A model generated the notes under the pieces. The model had not been told where the DNA came from, did no database searches, and saw only the letters and a program-made list of their open reading frames with translations. A DNA stretch of 64,000 bases from Macrostomum lignano (lineage: Eukaryota): the NCBI GenBank assembly GCA_002269645.1, contig NIVC01002405.1:1-64000 (forward strand), read 5' to 3'. Both the position numbers and the translations under genes were made by a program. Positions 24,361-36,920 of this stretch are shown in pieces; positions within the stretch are counted from its first letter, which is position 1; every line of letters starts with the position of its first letter.

Positions 24361-25247
24361 TAGGGATTCCAAAATCCCAATAATTTACAATCCTGGGATT
24401 GAGAAATCCAGAAATCCCAATGGTTTAAAATCCTGGGATCACTAATCCCGGAAAATCCCTACTAAGAGTAATCCTGGGATCCCGCTTTGAAGGTAAAAAA
24501 ATCCTGGGATCCCGGGATCCCGATATCAAATATATTGAAACATCTGCATCCAGCTTCTACCACAACCACAAAGTAAGTAAAATAGTTAAATATTTATAAT
24601 GATAGCTAATGGTCTAAACTAGTATATTTATGCAATAAACTTCTCTTTTCTTAGTTATTGTACAAGTAGAAATAGAAAATTGTTTGATAATAATAAATAA
24701 TATTTATCCATAAAAGATAATTGAAAATAATTGATTACAACAATAATAACTTGTTTTAATATAGGTTATATAGCTAGCTATGCATTATCAATGTAAATTA
24801 TCAAAGTGAATGTCATGTTTAATGCCACATTATAGTGTTAGACATCACGCAACTCACAAACATGTGAAATTAAATTACACCTTACAAAAACAAAAAAAAA
24901 TAAATTTCTGCTTGACAAACTGCTCTAACAAATTTTGTTGCTTTTTATGTGTGATTTGATTTTTATAGTTAGAGATTTTGATATAGACATGCAGGCTGCA
25001 GTTTTATTATTTCATATTTTTTTAAGTTGAATTTTTTTTCAAATTTTACACGATTATTTTAGTTGAAACAAGAGAATTAAAATCAGTTTGAATCCCAAAA
25101 CAATCCCCAGATTTAAGCCTTACAATCCCAGGATCCCAATCCCGCACTGTTATAATCCCAAGGATCATAAATCCCGAGATTTTAAGTCCCAAAAAATCCC
25201 AGGATTGAAATCCCATGTTTTGAGGCTAAATCCCAGCTAAATGCCTA
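24361..25247. mobile_element. Non-autonomous hAT-like element (887 bp)
   Basis: Perfect 8-bp TSD CTCTGTAT (24353-24360, 25248-25255). Short TIR TAGGGATT / AATGCCTA. Subterminal ATCC(C/T)GGGAT motifs are reiterated at both ends around an AT-rich core. Confidence 0.85.
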
Positions 25248-25685
25248 CTCTGTATAGGCAAACTCTGCAGGAGTTTAACAATGATTGTGATTGTGAATGG
25301 CAAATTAAGGTAATCCAGCATGGTTTGTAAAAGCAAAAGATTTATGAAAAGGCAATGCAATGCAATACAACCCTACTAGATTAGTCACACCATGGAAATT
25401 TAAGGTTTCTCTTAAAGGTACTTTAAAATTTAAATGGCCTCCTAAGAAATGTGTATTTCCTTGGTTGTTAGACTGATGCACTGATGCAGTTGTTAAACTG
25501 CAGTGGAGCTGAAGATACACAAATTCTTTTCAGGGCTTGCAAATTGGCAAGAAAGATGACATGATCAAAGCATGAGAACAGCCATGAGAGTACTATGTCC
25601 CACAAACTGGCTTTCCAAGCAGGAATGGGCAGACTTTTACCTCAAAGGTCAGAAAAAAATCCAGCTTATGGCTGAGGGGCAGATG

Positions 25686-26880
25686 AGAGTGGATAGAAGA
25701 AGGAATAGACTATTCGAAAAGAGAGGAAAGGTGAGAGAGGGAATAAGAGAAAAGATAAAAGGTAATAGGAGAGATGAGAGAGTGAGGACGATGAGAGGAG
25801 AGAGTAGAGAGGAGCGAGTAGAGAGAAGAGAGTAGAGGAGCGAGTAGAGAGGAGAGAGTAGAGGAGCGAGTAGAGAGGAGAGAGTAGAGTAGCGAGTGGA
25901 GAGGAGCGAGTAGAGAGGAGAGAGTAGAGAGGAGCGAGTAGAGAGGAGAGAGTAGAAGAGCGAGTAGAGAGGAGAGAGTAGAGGAGCGAGTAGAGAGGAG
26001 AGAGTAGAGAGCTGCAGATGAGAGGAGAGCAGAGAGGAGTTAGTAAAGGGGAGAAAGTAGAGATGAGAGAGTACATGGAAGAGAGAAGAGATAGGTTGTA
26101 CAGATGAGAGAGGTGTAAGGAGAGATGAGAAATGAGAGATGAGAGATAAAGGAGGGGAGTGGAGAGAGAAGAGACGAGACAAGAGAGGGAGAGAGTATAT
26201 AGAAGAGGGAAGAGAAGAGAAGAAAGGAGAAAGGAAAGTGAGGAGACAAAAAGAGGGGAAAGAAAAGAGTACAGAGGACAGAATGAGAGAACATATAAGA
26301 CAGTAAAGATGACAGATGAAAGAGGGGGGATGAGCTGAGAGCAGAGACGAAAATGAACAGACGACAGATGGGAGAGTAGAGAGATAAGAGAGAAGAGATT
26401 ACAGAGACGAGAGGAGAGACAAAGGGAGAGAGAAGTGAGTGAGGCAAGAGGAGAGAAAAGAGGAGAATGGAGGGGAGAGAGTAGAGAGGAGAAGAAAGAT
26501 GGGAGAGGAGAGATAAGAGAGAGGGGGAAGCAGAGAGAGAGGGGGAAGCAGAGAGAAATGAAAATAGATAAAAGAGAAGAGAGAGAAGAGAAAGGAGAGA
26601 TCAGAGAGCAAATAAAGACGAGAGAGAGAAGAGAGGTGAAGGAAAAGACGAGAGAAGAGTGCGAGGAGAGAAAAGAAAAAAGAAGAAAAAAGAGATAAGA
26701 TAAGAGAGATGAAAAAGAAGAGAAATAAGGGAAGATACGAGAGAAGAGGGGAGAGAGGAGAGAGGAAAAAGAGAAGAGAGGAGAGGAGAGACGAGGGACG
26801 AAAGAGAAGAGAAGAAACAAAAGAGAAGATAGAAGTTTCAAAGGATCCAAGGGATGTAGGGAGAGTCAGAGGCAGAGGTC
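25686..26880. repeat. About 1.2-kb polypurine (GA-rich) low-complexity tract including a ~24-nt tandem subarray
   Basis: Almost pyrimidine-free + strand; GAGGAGCGAGTAGAGAGGAGAGAGTA-type units at about 25800-26000. Confidence 0.9.
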
Positions 26881-27808
26881 AGAGTTTGCTAATACGTGTT
26901 TTAGAGTCAGACATACATTAATTGCCTATTTAAAGTAAAAAGCACCCCCAGCCAACAATATCAATGTTTGCCTCAAATCCTAATTGTATGCGAATGTACT
27001 CCATTTTTGTTTACCTCTATCCTACTAACTATTAACAAGTTTTTGTTTCAGTATGGGCTCAGATTTCAGAATACATGCAAAAATAGTTCTGGGAATTGGA
27101 ATTCCCTGGGTTCAAAATCTGCGGGTTTCAACAGCTTGTATATTATATAGTTGATTTACTAAAAAACAGTGGCTTAGCATATTGATGGCTATGATCTTAT
27201 TTATTTACTTTGCTACTTTTTTACTTCAGTAGCTAATATTCCATGTTAGTGCCTTCAGTTAAACTTGATGCCTGGACTTTAACATAAGTATATAAAATAT
27301 TTTTGTCATTTTATTATAGTTTTAATACTAAAGTTATAAGCCATACTACTTATGGCTTTAATACATACTACTTATAGCCCTAAAGCATTAGCCTAATATA
27401 TAGATTTTGCTTAATTTTCTAATTTTCTAACTTTTACCAGACAAATATAATCAATACATAAGAAAATATTGAAAGAAACTTAAAAATTACTTTTGGTATT
27501 TGTATAAGATCAATTTGTTTTCTCCAAGTTATGAAAACAGTTGTTATTATGAGTGGTCTTAAAAATTTTAGCCATTAATGCTAAATGTATTTTAGTTTAT
27601 TTTCTATATCTTAAAAAGTAGATAATAGTATTTTTACATTTGATATTTGAGCAATTTGAAAATAGCTATAGTACATGTATATTGTATTGATGTATTTGAA
27701 AAAAGATACATGTAATATTATTTGTTCTATTTGATTCGATGATTTAAATCTACATTTAGCTTTTTAGGATTTTTAGCTCTGAATAATCTCATTTTCCCAC
27801 AGCCAGCT

Positions 27809-28896
27809 ATGCTAAGGTGTCGATTAGTTTTAACTGCAGTTGGCAGAGGAAAATTAGGGCTGTCCACTGGGGCTGCCCCTGCTGGACAGACCGATCCAGA
27901 CATGCCTTTGGCAGACATGCCTGATCCATACAAGAAGCCAATCAAGAAATGTGTGCTCTGTCGGCAGGATGTTCCACTAGACTACAAGGTGATTAATTAT
28001 ATTATTTATGCCTTATGGTTTGTTATTGTTGACTATTTTGTAAAGCAAACTCCACTCCACTCTTGACTAGTTACAATGTACAAAACATATTTTATGCTGT
28101 CAAAAAATCACAACCCCCTACCCCATACTTTTCTCGTGACCAATCAGAAAACATCCACCCACTCCGCTCACGACCAATCAATATCCACCCACTCCGCTCC
28201 CGACCAATCATAAATCACCTTCCCTCCCCATACTCCACTCTCGACCAATCAGAAAACATCCACCCCACTCCGCTCACGACCAATCAGAAAACATCCACCC
28301 CACTCCGATCTCTACCAGTCAGAAAACATCCACCCACTCCGCTCTCGACCAATCAGAAAACATCCACCCCACTCCGCTCACGACCAATCAGAAAACATCC
28401 ACCCCACTCCGATCTCTACCAGTCAGAAAACATCCACCCACTCCGCTCTCGATCAATCAGAAAACATACACCCCACTCCGCTCCCGACCAATCCAATCAG
28501 AAAGCATACACCCCACTCCGCTCCCGACCAATCCAATCAGAAAACATTCACCCCATTCCGCTCCCGACCAATCCAATCAGAAAGCATCCACCCCACTCCG
28601 CTCTCGACCAATCGCAGAACGCGCGTCTGCTGAGCCAGTTTGTCTCGCCTTACACGGGCCGAATATACGGCCGGCACATCACCGGGCTGTGCCAGCCAAT
28701 GCAAGAGCGGGTGGCCGAACTGGTGAAGAAGTCGCAGAAGTTCGGCTACATGTCGCAGAATATCAAGGAGACCTTTTTTCTCAGCGACCCGGCCCTGTTC
28801 CGCAACCCCCTGTCAGGTCCTTCCGTTGCTGCCCCGGCTAGCAAAAGTTCGAAGCCTTCGACAAGTTCAACTGAAAGCGAGAAGGATGGCAACTGA
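27809..28896 (+). CDS. MRPS18C: Mitochondrial ribosomal protein S18C (bS18m), about 152 aa, 2 exons
   Basis: Exons 27809-27988 and 28618-28896 (phase 0, 459 nt). Motifs: DMPDPY...KCVLC...[28 protein letters not shown]...KKSQKFGYM. Basic N-terminal targeting-like leader. Confidence 0.93.
28130..28617 (+). repeat. About 35-bp CCAAT-containing minisatellite forming the 3' end of the MRPS18C intron
   Basis: About 13 variant units of GACCAATCAGAAAACATCCACCCCACTCCGCTCTC. The last unit ends in the acceptor CGCAG. Confidence 0.9.
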
Positions 28897-29479
28897 GATT
28901 TCTTAGATCGACTGAGTGACCATAAATTTTGTCATCACTGTCTAGTTAACAGTACAAAGCATTTTGCCTAGCCAATTTAGCACAAACAATAATACACTTT
29001 GATTACTACTTTGTAATCCAACAAACAGTAGTTTCGAAGAAAAAAGTTGGAACTAGTTGGAATTTGTGTATTCAAGTTTTATTTTGACGAATTATTAAGG
29101 ACGAATAGTCTCGATTCAAGTAAGGGCATTGGTGGCTATCGCTAAACATGTTTCGAATTCTATGAAAATAAATATAGCTTGTAATGAATTTGTTTCTAAG
29201 AAAAATGATAAAATATGCATTTTTCGGTATGATAAAAAAACAACTCATTAAATGTTTGAGGAACAGAAGAGGAAGAATAAATACCAAAGTAAAACTAACA
29301 GTTCAATTTTTTTAAGCTTAGAAATTCAAGATGAGAATCCCGTTTAAGATTAGCTGATATTTCCAAGTTGGACCCGTGAGTTCATTTAATCTAACAATAT
29401 TTTACCAGCTGAAAAGTTATGGCGCTTTCAATAATAAAATGGTTCAGTTTAGTCTGGTCTCAGACGCCTGTCTCATTAT

Positions 29480-31453
29480 TTAGCTGACGTCCAGCTTCGT
29501 GAATGTACCAGCGATGCCCATGCTCGGATCGGCCGAATCGTCGTACGTCTTTAAGTAGTCTTTGGTGGTCGGCAGCCGCTTGGACTCGTCCACCGTGATG
29601 GTGGCCAGTTTGGCGCGCTCCGCCTGCGCCTCGGCGCTCTTGAACATTTTGTATCGTTCAGCTGGGAACAGGCGAGGAATACAAAGGGTTGATTGCGGTG
29701 TAACTCCCCTTATCCTGCTTCTTGAACTATTGGATTCCTATAAAAGTACACTCGAAGTGCGCTGTTGCCTACCTAATAGCTCCTCCATCGGTCGGTTTTG
29801 TCCGCCCATTTCAGGCGGCAGGAGGCGCTCAGCGCCTGGCCCGATGGCCTTCTTCAGCTTGTTGAAGTCCGTGCCGCACCGGTGGAGCTGGGTGTGGTTT
29901 TTGAGAGAGATATTTAGCTTGTCTTGCCAAACTTAATGGATTAATAACTGGCATCAATTGGAAACTTGTAAATCTATCTACGATTCGTCTCTGAGGCTTG
30001 AGTCAAGCCTTTGCCTTACCCGCTTTCTCAGCTTCTCCTTCATAAATGGCATGATAATCCGAAACATCAGCTCAAAGAAGGCCGGCTCGTGCCAGTAAAC
30101 CAGCGCTTTGGTGCGCATTGGAAAAGCGTCCTGCCAGTTGCGCATCATCTTGAAGGCCGTGCGGGGGTTCTCCCAGGCCTGAGTCTGTTTCTTATTGGCG
30201 TTCTTGAGATTCATGATAAACCGGCAGCCGTTGATTTGGATCTTTTCAGGTTTCATCATCGTGTCGGCGTTCATGTAGGCGAACCGGGCAAGGTCGTTGA
30301 AGTTGATCCGATCGGGGTCGTAGTTGTCTGAAAGGCAATAGTTAACTCATTGCGCCTGCTTCTGCCTTGTCACTGCACCTGTACACTTTCGATAGCTCAT
30401 TTTCTTGCTATTTCAGCATTAAGAGGCCAAAGCGAATTTTTTTGTCCAAAAAGTAATACTTTTGTCTTTTTTTTCTTCTCTTTCACCTTGCTGAATCTGT
30501 CTAGTCGCTGTAGAGCACTGCTACTTTTTGTGCTCAAAATGTCTATCGCAGTCCATTGTTAGCCAATGCGCAGGGCAGCGCTCACAGGCCGTATCAAAAG
30601 ATTCACCTGTCACTTAAAGTTGCAGGCACAAAAACAAGAAGAGAACAAGTGGACAGCAGGCAGCCTGCAATCGTTATGCCGCTGAAGCTTTCTGAGTCAG
30701 GCTTAATAATTATCTCATGCTTCTGCTTTTTGCACTCAAAAGCTCCTGCAGTTACATAGGCAACTCATAGTGTTCTAACATTGAAGGGCACAGACTCTAA
30801 TCTCTTTGTCTCATGACTATGATGCAGTTGAGCACCGGCGATGGTCCCAGAAACTCACCCATTGACGAGTAGATAATTCCTTCGCCGTCGTCATTGTAGC
30901 CCAGAAAGATGTTCATTCTACAATGCGATACGCGAAGCGATTGAAATCGAAAAAGAATAAAATTTCATCCAAGGTCACCAGTTTTCAGTAGTCTCTCACG
31001 GAAGCTTGAGTGCCTCTTCAATGATAGGCGAGTCCAGCGGCAGGGGCTCAAACCATTCGGGCGAGCCACGCGGAGATTTTCGGACTGTGCAGAAATTGTC
31101 CACCAGCTGCTGGGCCCGGCTCTGGTCGAACTTGGCGGTGCGCAGAAACCGCAGTAGGAACGCGTCATCTGGTCGCATTTGGTGAAGAAGTTTAATTGGC
31201 TAGTTTAATAATTCCTAGTCAATTCTGGACCTGCTGAGACATGCAGCTTGTAGTCATGCATGCACAAGCTTAATCTATGGAACTCACCAGTCGGGCAGGT
31301 GAGATGCGGCGCGCTGGTTACCCAGCGTCTCAGCGAGGCGATGTGCGCCCGCACCTGGTCGGGATTCTCGTGAAGCTCCTTCTGAGCCTTCTTCTTATCC
31401 TTCGGATCCACGCCCTCGTAGTTGTAGACATTCTCGCCTTCACCGGAGGCCAT
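29480..31453 (-). CDS. CRAL-TRIO/Sec14 lipid-binding protein (clavesin/alpha-TTP-like), paralogue A, about 332 aa, 6 exons
   Basis: Exons 31453-31288, 31168-31000, 30917-30859, 30327-30020, 29887-29773, 29661-29480 (999 nt, all GT-AG). Motifs: DDAFLLRFLRTAKF, QING, QDAFPMR, PFMKEKLRKR, LPPEMGG. Confidence 0.92.
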
Positions 31454-33002
31454 ATTGCTACTATTATAGTTCGTGAAGTACTTTTCTGATTAATTTTCCT
31501 GTTGAGTGTCCAGGCCGGTACGTTCCTCCGCGCAGTTTCTGAGCTGCAGACTGAGCCTTAATACTCACAGCGCGACAGAACCTGACCCGTCTCTGACCAA
31601 TCGAAGCCTCTCCGTATCTCATTGCTTGTCAGTTATTTTAGCCTTGCCGCCGTCGGCTCAACTACATAGTCTATTGTTCCCAGCAGTGCCCTGCATTGCT
31701 CCCTTCACTGAGCGTCAGCAGTACTTCGTTCGCTTATTAATGCTAGAATTGTTGCCTCTTGCGCTTTTTCAGCAGAGAGAGAGAGGGAGAGAGATCGGTA
31801 TACTCTGACTGCTGCAGTACAGCAGGTGCCGCGCGGTGCTCTCTCCAAAACGGGAGTGAGGTTGATCTCTTTTGAATCTACTAAAGTTTGTAAAATGCGG
31901 GCTTTGCGGCTACTGCGACAGCAACACGTCAGTCATACCGTGTGTGAGGCATTAGCCGGGATCAGGTGATCAAGGGACAGCTTATTCTGCTATAGCGGAA
32001 GACCACAGAGGGATCTGATGAGAAGTTAATAATCCCCAGCCCCAATCCGAGGTTGTGGCATTAGTGTCACCAAGCTGCTCATCTGGATTACTGCCCACTC
32101 TTGTGCTACGAGTACACTGCATGCAGTTCTCTACGTTCAGAAAGATGGGCTTAGGCTGTTCAGATCGCAATATACGACGTAATATTTGGATTATTTGCAT
32201 TGTCTTGTGGGTTAAAGCGATTGAGATGCTGCTAGAATAAAGATGTTAAAGAGGTGTGGGTAAGGAGATGATAACACGCAGTGTAGGGAAGTAGGGAGGG
32301 GTGCAGAAAATGGGGCAATGCAGGATAGAGGGTGGATGGCACGACAGTGTTAGCAGGTCTACATTTTAGGCTGAAGAAAATATTATAAGGTACTATTGGC
32401 ACTACTGAAGTATTGTGTCTAGTAGTAAAATGATCCCATGCTGTCTAAATGTCAACAAAGCCATCTTGTTAAATGCATTAGTTTATGAATCCGATTATGA
32501 ATAGTTCTGCAGTAACTTAAGTGACTTGCATGCTCGCACAGGTAAAACAGCCATGCAGTCCAAGTGTGTTTTCTTCGTACATGTCTGTTCTCTACTGATA
32601 AGAGCTCTCTGTCTCAGGAGGCCAAAGTGCAGTCAGTTTCTACTGTAATTCTGACTCAATTGTTGCTTCTTTAAGCACGACTTGAATTTCATACCCGGTT
32701 TTTGAAGTTGTCGGTCGTAGGAAAAATTAATTAATGTAAGTAGCGAATATATCTGGTTATGTAACCTTTTAAACAACCAATTATAACATGGGTTATAATT
32801 GAGCATGTGAATCTAAACGGGTGCAAATCCTACGAGCTAGACTTGGATGTTTCCCTATTGATTGTACTCATGCAGACTGCTTATTAAAAATGTGTGCAAT
32901 TATATTATTGGCTAGTTAGTAAAATGTCGGTTGTGGGTTTTTGTGTCATTGATTGCGAAAAAGTTACTCCAAAGATCGAAAAGATCGACTGATCTGAGAC
33001 CG

Positions 33003-36000
33003 TCAGCTGACGTCGAGCTTAGTGAACGTGCCCGTCAGTCCCATGGAGGTCGAATCGGTTGAGTCGATCTCGGTGGACTTCAGGTAGTTCTTCGTGGCCG
33101 CCGGTCTCAGCGCCTCGTCAACCCGAATCTGGTCCAGCCTGCGCCGTTCCTGCATCGCTGACTCGCTATTGTACTGACGGGCCTTGTCGGCTGGAAGGAG
33201 GATAGGGTTGCGGGCTGTTCCATGAGGGTTGTTACCTCCCTCCCTGTTTCTTTTTGAGTCTTATAAAATAGGCTAGTTAGTGAAGGCTTTTGAATTCTGT
33301 AAGAGGACTTTTCTAATTCGCTTTAGCTTACCGATCAGCTCCGCCATTGGCCGGTTTTGACCGCCCAACTCCGGTGGCAGGAGGCGATCAGCTCCCGGAC
33401 CGACGGCTTGTTTCAGCTTGGAAGAGTTAGCGCCGCACCGGATGATCTGAGTACAAGAGTACAGGTGAGGTTGCGTGAAGTTCAGACTGCACCTGTCATA
33501 GTTGTGTGGTCTCTACCCCGTCAAATGATGTACATGAGGGAATCAGCGTTTATAATAACCCTTTCTAACCCTCCCGATTTGCACCTTTCAAGTGCGCCGT
33601 ATTGACTCCCAGCTGGCAGGCCCCTATATCCGAACCGAGTTGCACAGCACATAAAGTGGTGGTGTAGGAGTTGCTACTGCTCCAAACATGAGTACGATAG
33701 GAACGAAACGACGGCGCTTTACAGAAAAGCAAGACCATTAATGCCAACGTTCCGGATTCTGTCAGTGGTGTTTTCGTCATGTGTACACCAGCATAAATTA
33801 ATTGAATGTGCCCTGCCAATAACTGCCTGTCATTGGGTTATCAATGCTTACTCGTCTGCGAACTTTCTCTTTGAGAAATGGCAAAAATATTTTCATCAGC
33901 AGGTCGACCATGTGCGACTCGTTGTAGTGGATGATGGCCTTATTCCTCATTGGCAGCGCATCCTGCCACAGGCGCAGGACGCGGACCAGCAGCTTGGGGT
34001 CCTCCCAGGGCCGGTAGTGCCGCTGCCCGGCGCCTCTGTAGTCCACCAGCATGCGGACGCCGTTGATCTGCAGTCGCTGGTCGCTGAGTAGCCGCTCGGC
34101 CGAGGAGCGGATCATGCACCGAATGAAGTCCTCGAACGGGAACATGTCAGGTTCGTAAGCACCTGGAAATTTTCGGGAAAAAACCTCATTTAGTCGAGAG
34201 TACGAGACTTTCTAGCCGAAATCTCGAAATCTCTGAATGCTGCGTCTCAAATGGCTGTTGAGTTCATGGACTGAGGGGGGGGGGATCGCTACACCAATTC
34301 TCAATTTACCCCAGCTAATGCTAGCACCCATTTTACAGCTGGGTGAACTGAAGCATTGCAGAGTTAAGTGTCTTGCTCAAGGACACAAATTTTTCTAGTC
34401 GGATCGGGAATCGAACTCTTGACCTTCCAGCTGTGAGCCTGGCGCTCTTAACCACTTGGCTAATTTAAGAGCCTCGGAAACGCTGATTGGTATTTAAAAA
34501 CAAAAAACCATTCTATTTAAAAAAACTAGTTTGCTAAAAAGCTACAACTTGACACTTGAGTCCTGCTAGCAGAGTTCAGCTAGCAAAAAAATCTGACACT
34601 CACTGAGCAGAAAGTAGAGCACGGCCTCTCCGTCGTCATTGAATCCCAGCAGGACTCCTAGACTGAAATAAAGAACGAAAGATTCTCTTTGGCAGGATCA
34701 GTCTCCTGTTTTTGGCATGCCAACCCTGTTTGAGTTCAATCAAATCAACCCTGATTGGATCCAATCTGAGTTTTGGTTGAGTTTGTTTGTCTCTGTCTGT
34801 GTTTTAAGCCAAGTCCCAACCAAAGCCCCGATGAACACGTCTGACTCGGGCCAAAGTGCCCGAGTTCGATTCCGTTCGCGATCGAATTCATTTGGGACTC
34901 AAGCAGAAAAATTGGCCTGGGGCTTGATGTGCGATTGTTGTGCATGACAATGAGAAATTCAAGGTCACTGTAAACTCTCTGTGTGTGCGCGTGCTCTCAG
35001 GGGTCAGAGACATGGACATGACTGCTTGCATCCTTGAACTGTCCCATCCAAGCCCTGATCCCATTCTGACACGCAGGCCCAGCTCACGGCAGCGTGAAGT
35101 AGTGCTCCAGAGCGGGCAAGTCCGGTCTCAGCGGTTCGAACCATTCAGGCGAGCCGCGAGGCGAACTGCGGACTGTGCAGAAATTGTCCACCAGCTGCTG
35201 GGCCCGGCTCTGGTCGAACTTGGCGGTTCGCAGGAACCGCAGCAGGAACGCGTCATCTGAGAGCGATTTGCGGGTTGGGGTTTCAGGTCAAGTCTTGGCG
35301 AGAGTCGATCCCTTGTGATTGAATGGAATCAGGTTGGTATCCGGCCGTTAATTGACTCGTACGAGTACTCCTACCTCAAAGGCCAGGTAGAGAACCTAGC
35401 GCGTGACTTCGAGGGCCATAGGAGAGGGGAGAGAAGAGGGAATAGAGAAGAGAGATAAGAGAAAAGAGAGGCGAGGGAATAAGCGGAAAGAGAGGAGACG
35501 AGAGAAGAAAGCAAATGAAATAAGAGAGGAGAGAAGAAGGGTTTGGAGGAATAAAAAGAGAATAGAGAGAAGAGAAAATAGAGGAGAGCTGAGAAGAGAC
35601 AAACCTTGAGTTATTGTGAAGTTTAAAGGACCCGAGGGTCGGATAGAGAAGCTTCGCGAGCCGCATGTGTCCCGCGGGCCCGAGTTGTCGACCCCTAGGC
35701 TAAAGTAAGCGGCTTATGACTGAAATGCTCAAAGGCTAGCATTAAAAAACAATTAAAATAGAATTAGGCAAACATTACGCATCAAAATGGCCAGTGTTAG
35801 ACTATCATTAGGTTGAATTGCATTGCAGAATCGTGCTATACAATATACTGTTCAACAAATTTGACCAGCATAGGACCAGAAAGCCATTGCAGCGAGGCCT
35901 CACCAGTCGGGCAGGTGAGATGCGGCGCGCTGGTCACCCAGCGTCTCAGCGAGGCGATGTGCGCCCGCACCTGGTCGGGATTCTCGTGAAGCTCCTTCTG

Positions 36001-36063
36001 AGCTTTCTTTTTGTCCTTCGGATCCACGCCCTCGTAGTTGTAGACATTCTCGCCTTCGGACAT
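33003..36063 (-). CDS. CRAL-TRIO/Sec14 lipid-binding protein, paralogue B, about 333 aa, 6 exons
   Basis: Exons 36063-35904, 35256-35088, 34662-34604, 34162-33852, 33446-33332, 33190-33003 (1002 nt). Same intron phases as paralogue A. Motifs: DDAFLLRFLR, QING, QDALPMR, LPPELGG. Confidence 0.92.
34250..34462 (-). mobile_element. tRNA-derived SINE, family 1, copy 1
   Basis: Minus strand TAGCCAAGTGG (A box) ... GAGTTCGATTCCC (B box), then GTGTCCTTGAGCAAGACACTT core and CAGCTGTAAAATGGGTGCTAGC body, which is shared with the copy at about 59770-59936. Confidence 0.8.
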
Positions 36064-36539
36064 GGCTGATGGCGTCAGTGCCAAACTTCTGCTGGCCAGA
36101 TTGCCTCTCCCACTTGATAAATTTCACCGCTTGAGCAGCCGCCCGTGGGAACGGAGATTAGAGAGTGGAGTCGAACAGAGTCAAACCAAACGGCTGTACT
36201 CAAATAGGCAAGCTCGGTATTGCACCCACCCCCCATCAAGTTCTCAGCTCGGTCGTCTGACTTCATTGGGCTAGTCTTGCTAGCAGAGAAACTATAACCT
36301 TATTTGTGCTGGCAACCCGGCCATTGCGTCTGTTTGCCTTTGCACTCTCACCGCGTGTTACGCGAAAGTAAAAAGTTTGTTTCTATTTTTATAATACACG
36401 CTCTGCGCCGCTATCGATTTTTGCGCCTGGATAGCAGCACGTGTTCGCAGTGAATCAGTTTACTGAAGTTTTTAGCCTGATTTTCATATACAATTGTTCC
36501 TAGTTTGTTCCTGGCACTCCCATTGCCTCTGTTCAAGTT

Positions 36540-36920
36540 AGCTCTGGCACCATGGCACATGCCACTCCCTCCTGTTCACAGCAGCTCTGGCACCATGGCA
36601 CATGCCACTCCCTCCTGTTCACAGCGGCTCTGGCACTCATGGCACATGCCACTCCCTCCTGTTCACAGCAGCTCTGGCACCATGGCACATGCCACTCCCT
36701 CCTGTTCACAGCAGCTCTGGCACTCATGGCACACGCCACTCCCTCCTGTTCACAGCAGCTCTGGCACCATGGCACATGCCACTCCCTCCTGTTCACAGCA
36801 GCTCTGGCACCATGGCACATGCCACTCCCTCCTGTTCACAGCAGCTCTGACACCATGGCACACACGCCACTCCCTCCTGTTCACAGCGGCTCTGACATCA
36901 TGGCACACACGCCACTCCCT
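36540..36920. repeat. About 43-bp minisatellite (GGCACCATGGCACATGCCACTCCCTCCTGTTCACAGCAGCTCT)n
   Basis: About 9 units, intergenic between the divergent CRAL-TRIO B and metalloprotease genes. Confidence 0.95.

Noticed and set aside
25572-26921. Leu/Ser-rich and Glu/Arg-rich ORFs up to 394 aa
   Set aside because: Translation artefacts of the polypurine tract.
34390-34462. tRNA-like sequences at the SINE heads (also about 42925-42998, 45480-45553, 59870-59936)
   Set aside because: A and B boxes are present but the acceptor stems do not pair, and they continue into shared repeat bodies; they are SINEs, not tRNA genes.
35384-35698. Possible hAT MITE ending CCCGCGGGCCCGAGTTGTCGACCCCTAG
   Set aside because: The right end looks hAT-like, but the left TIR is poor and no exact 8-bp TSD was found.
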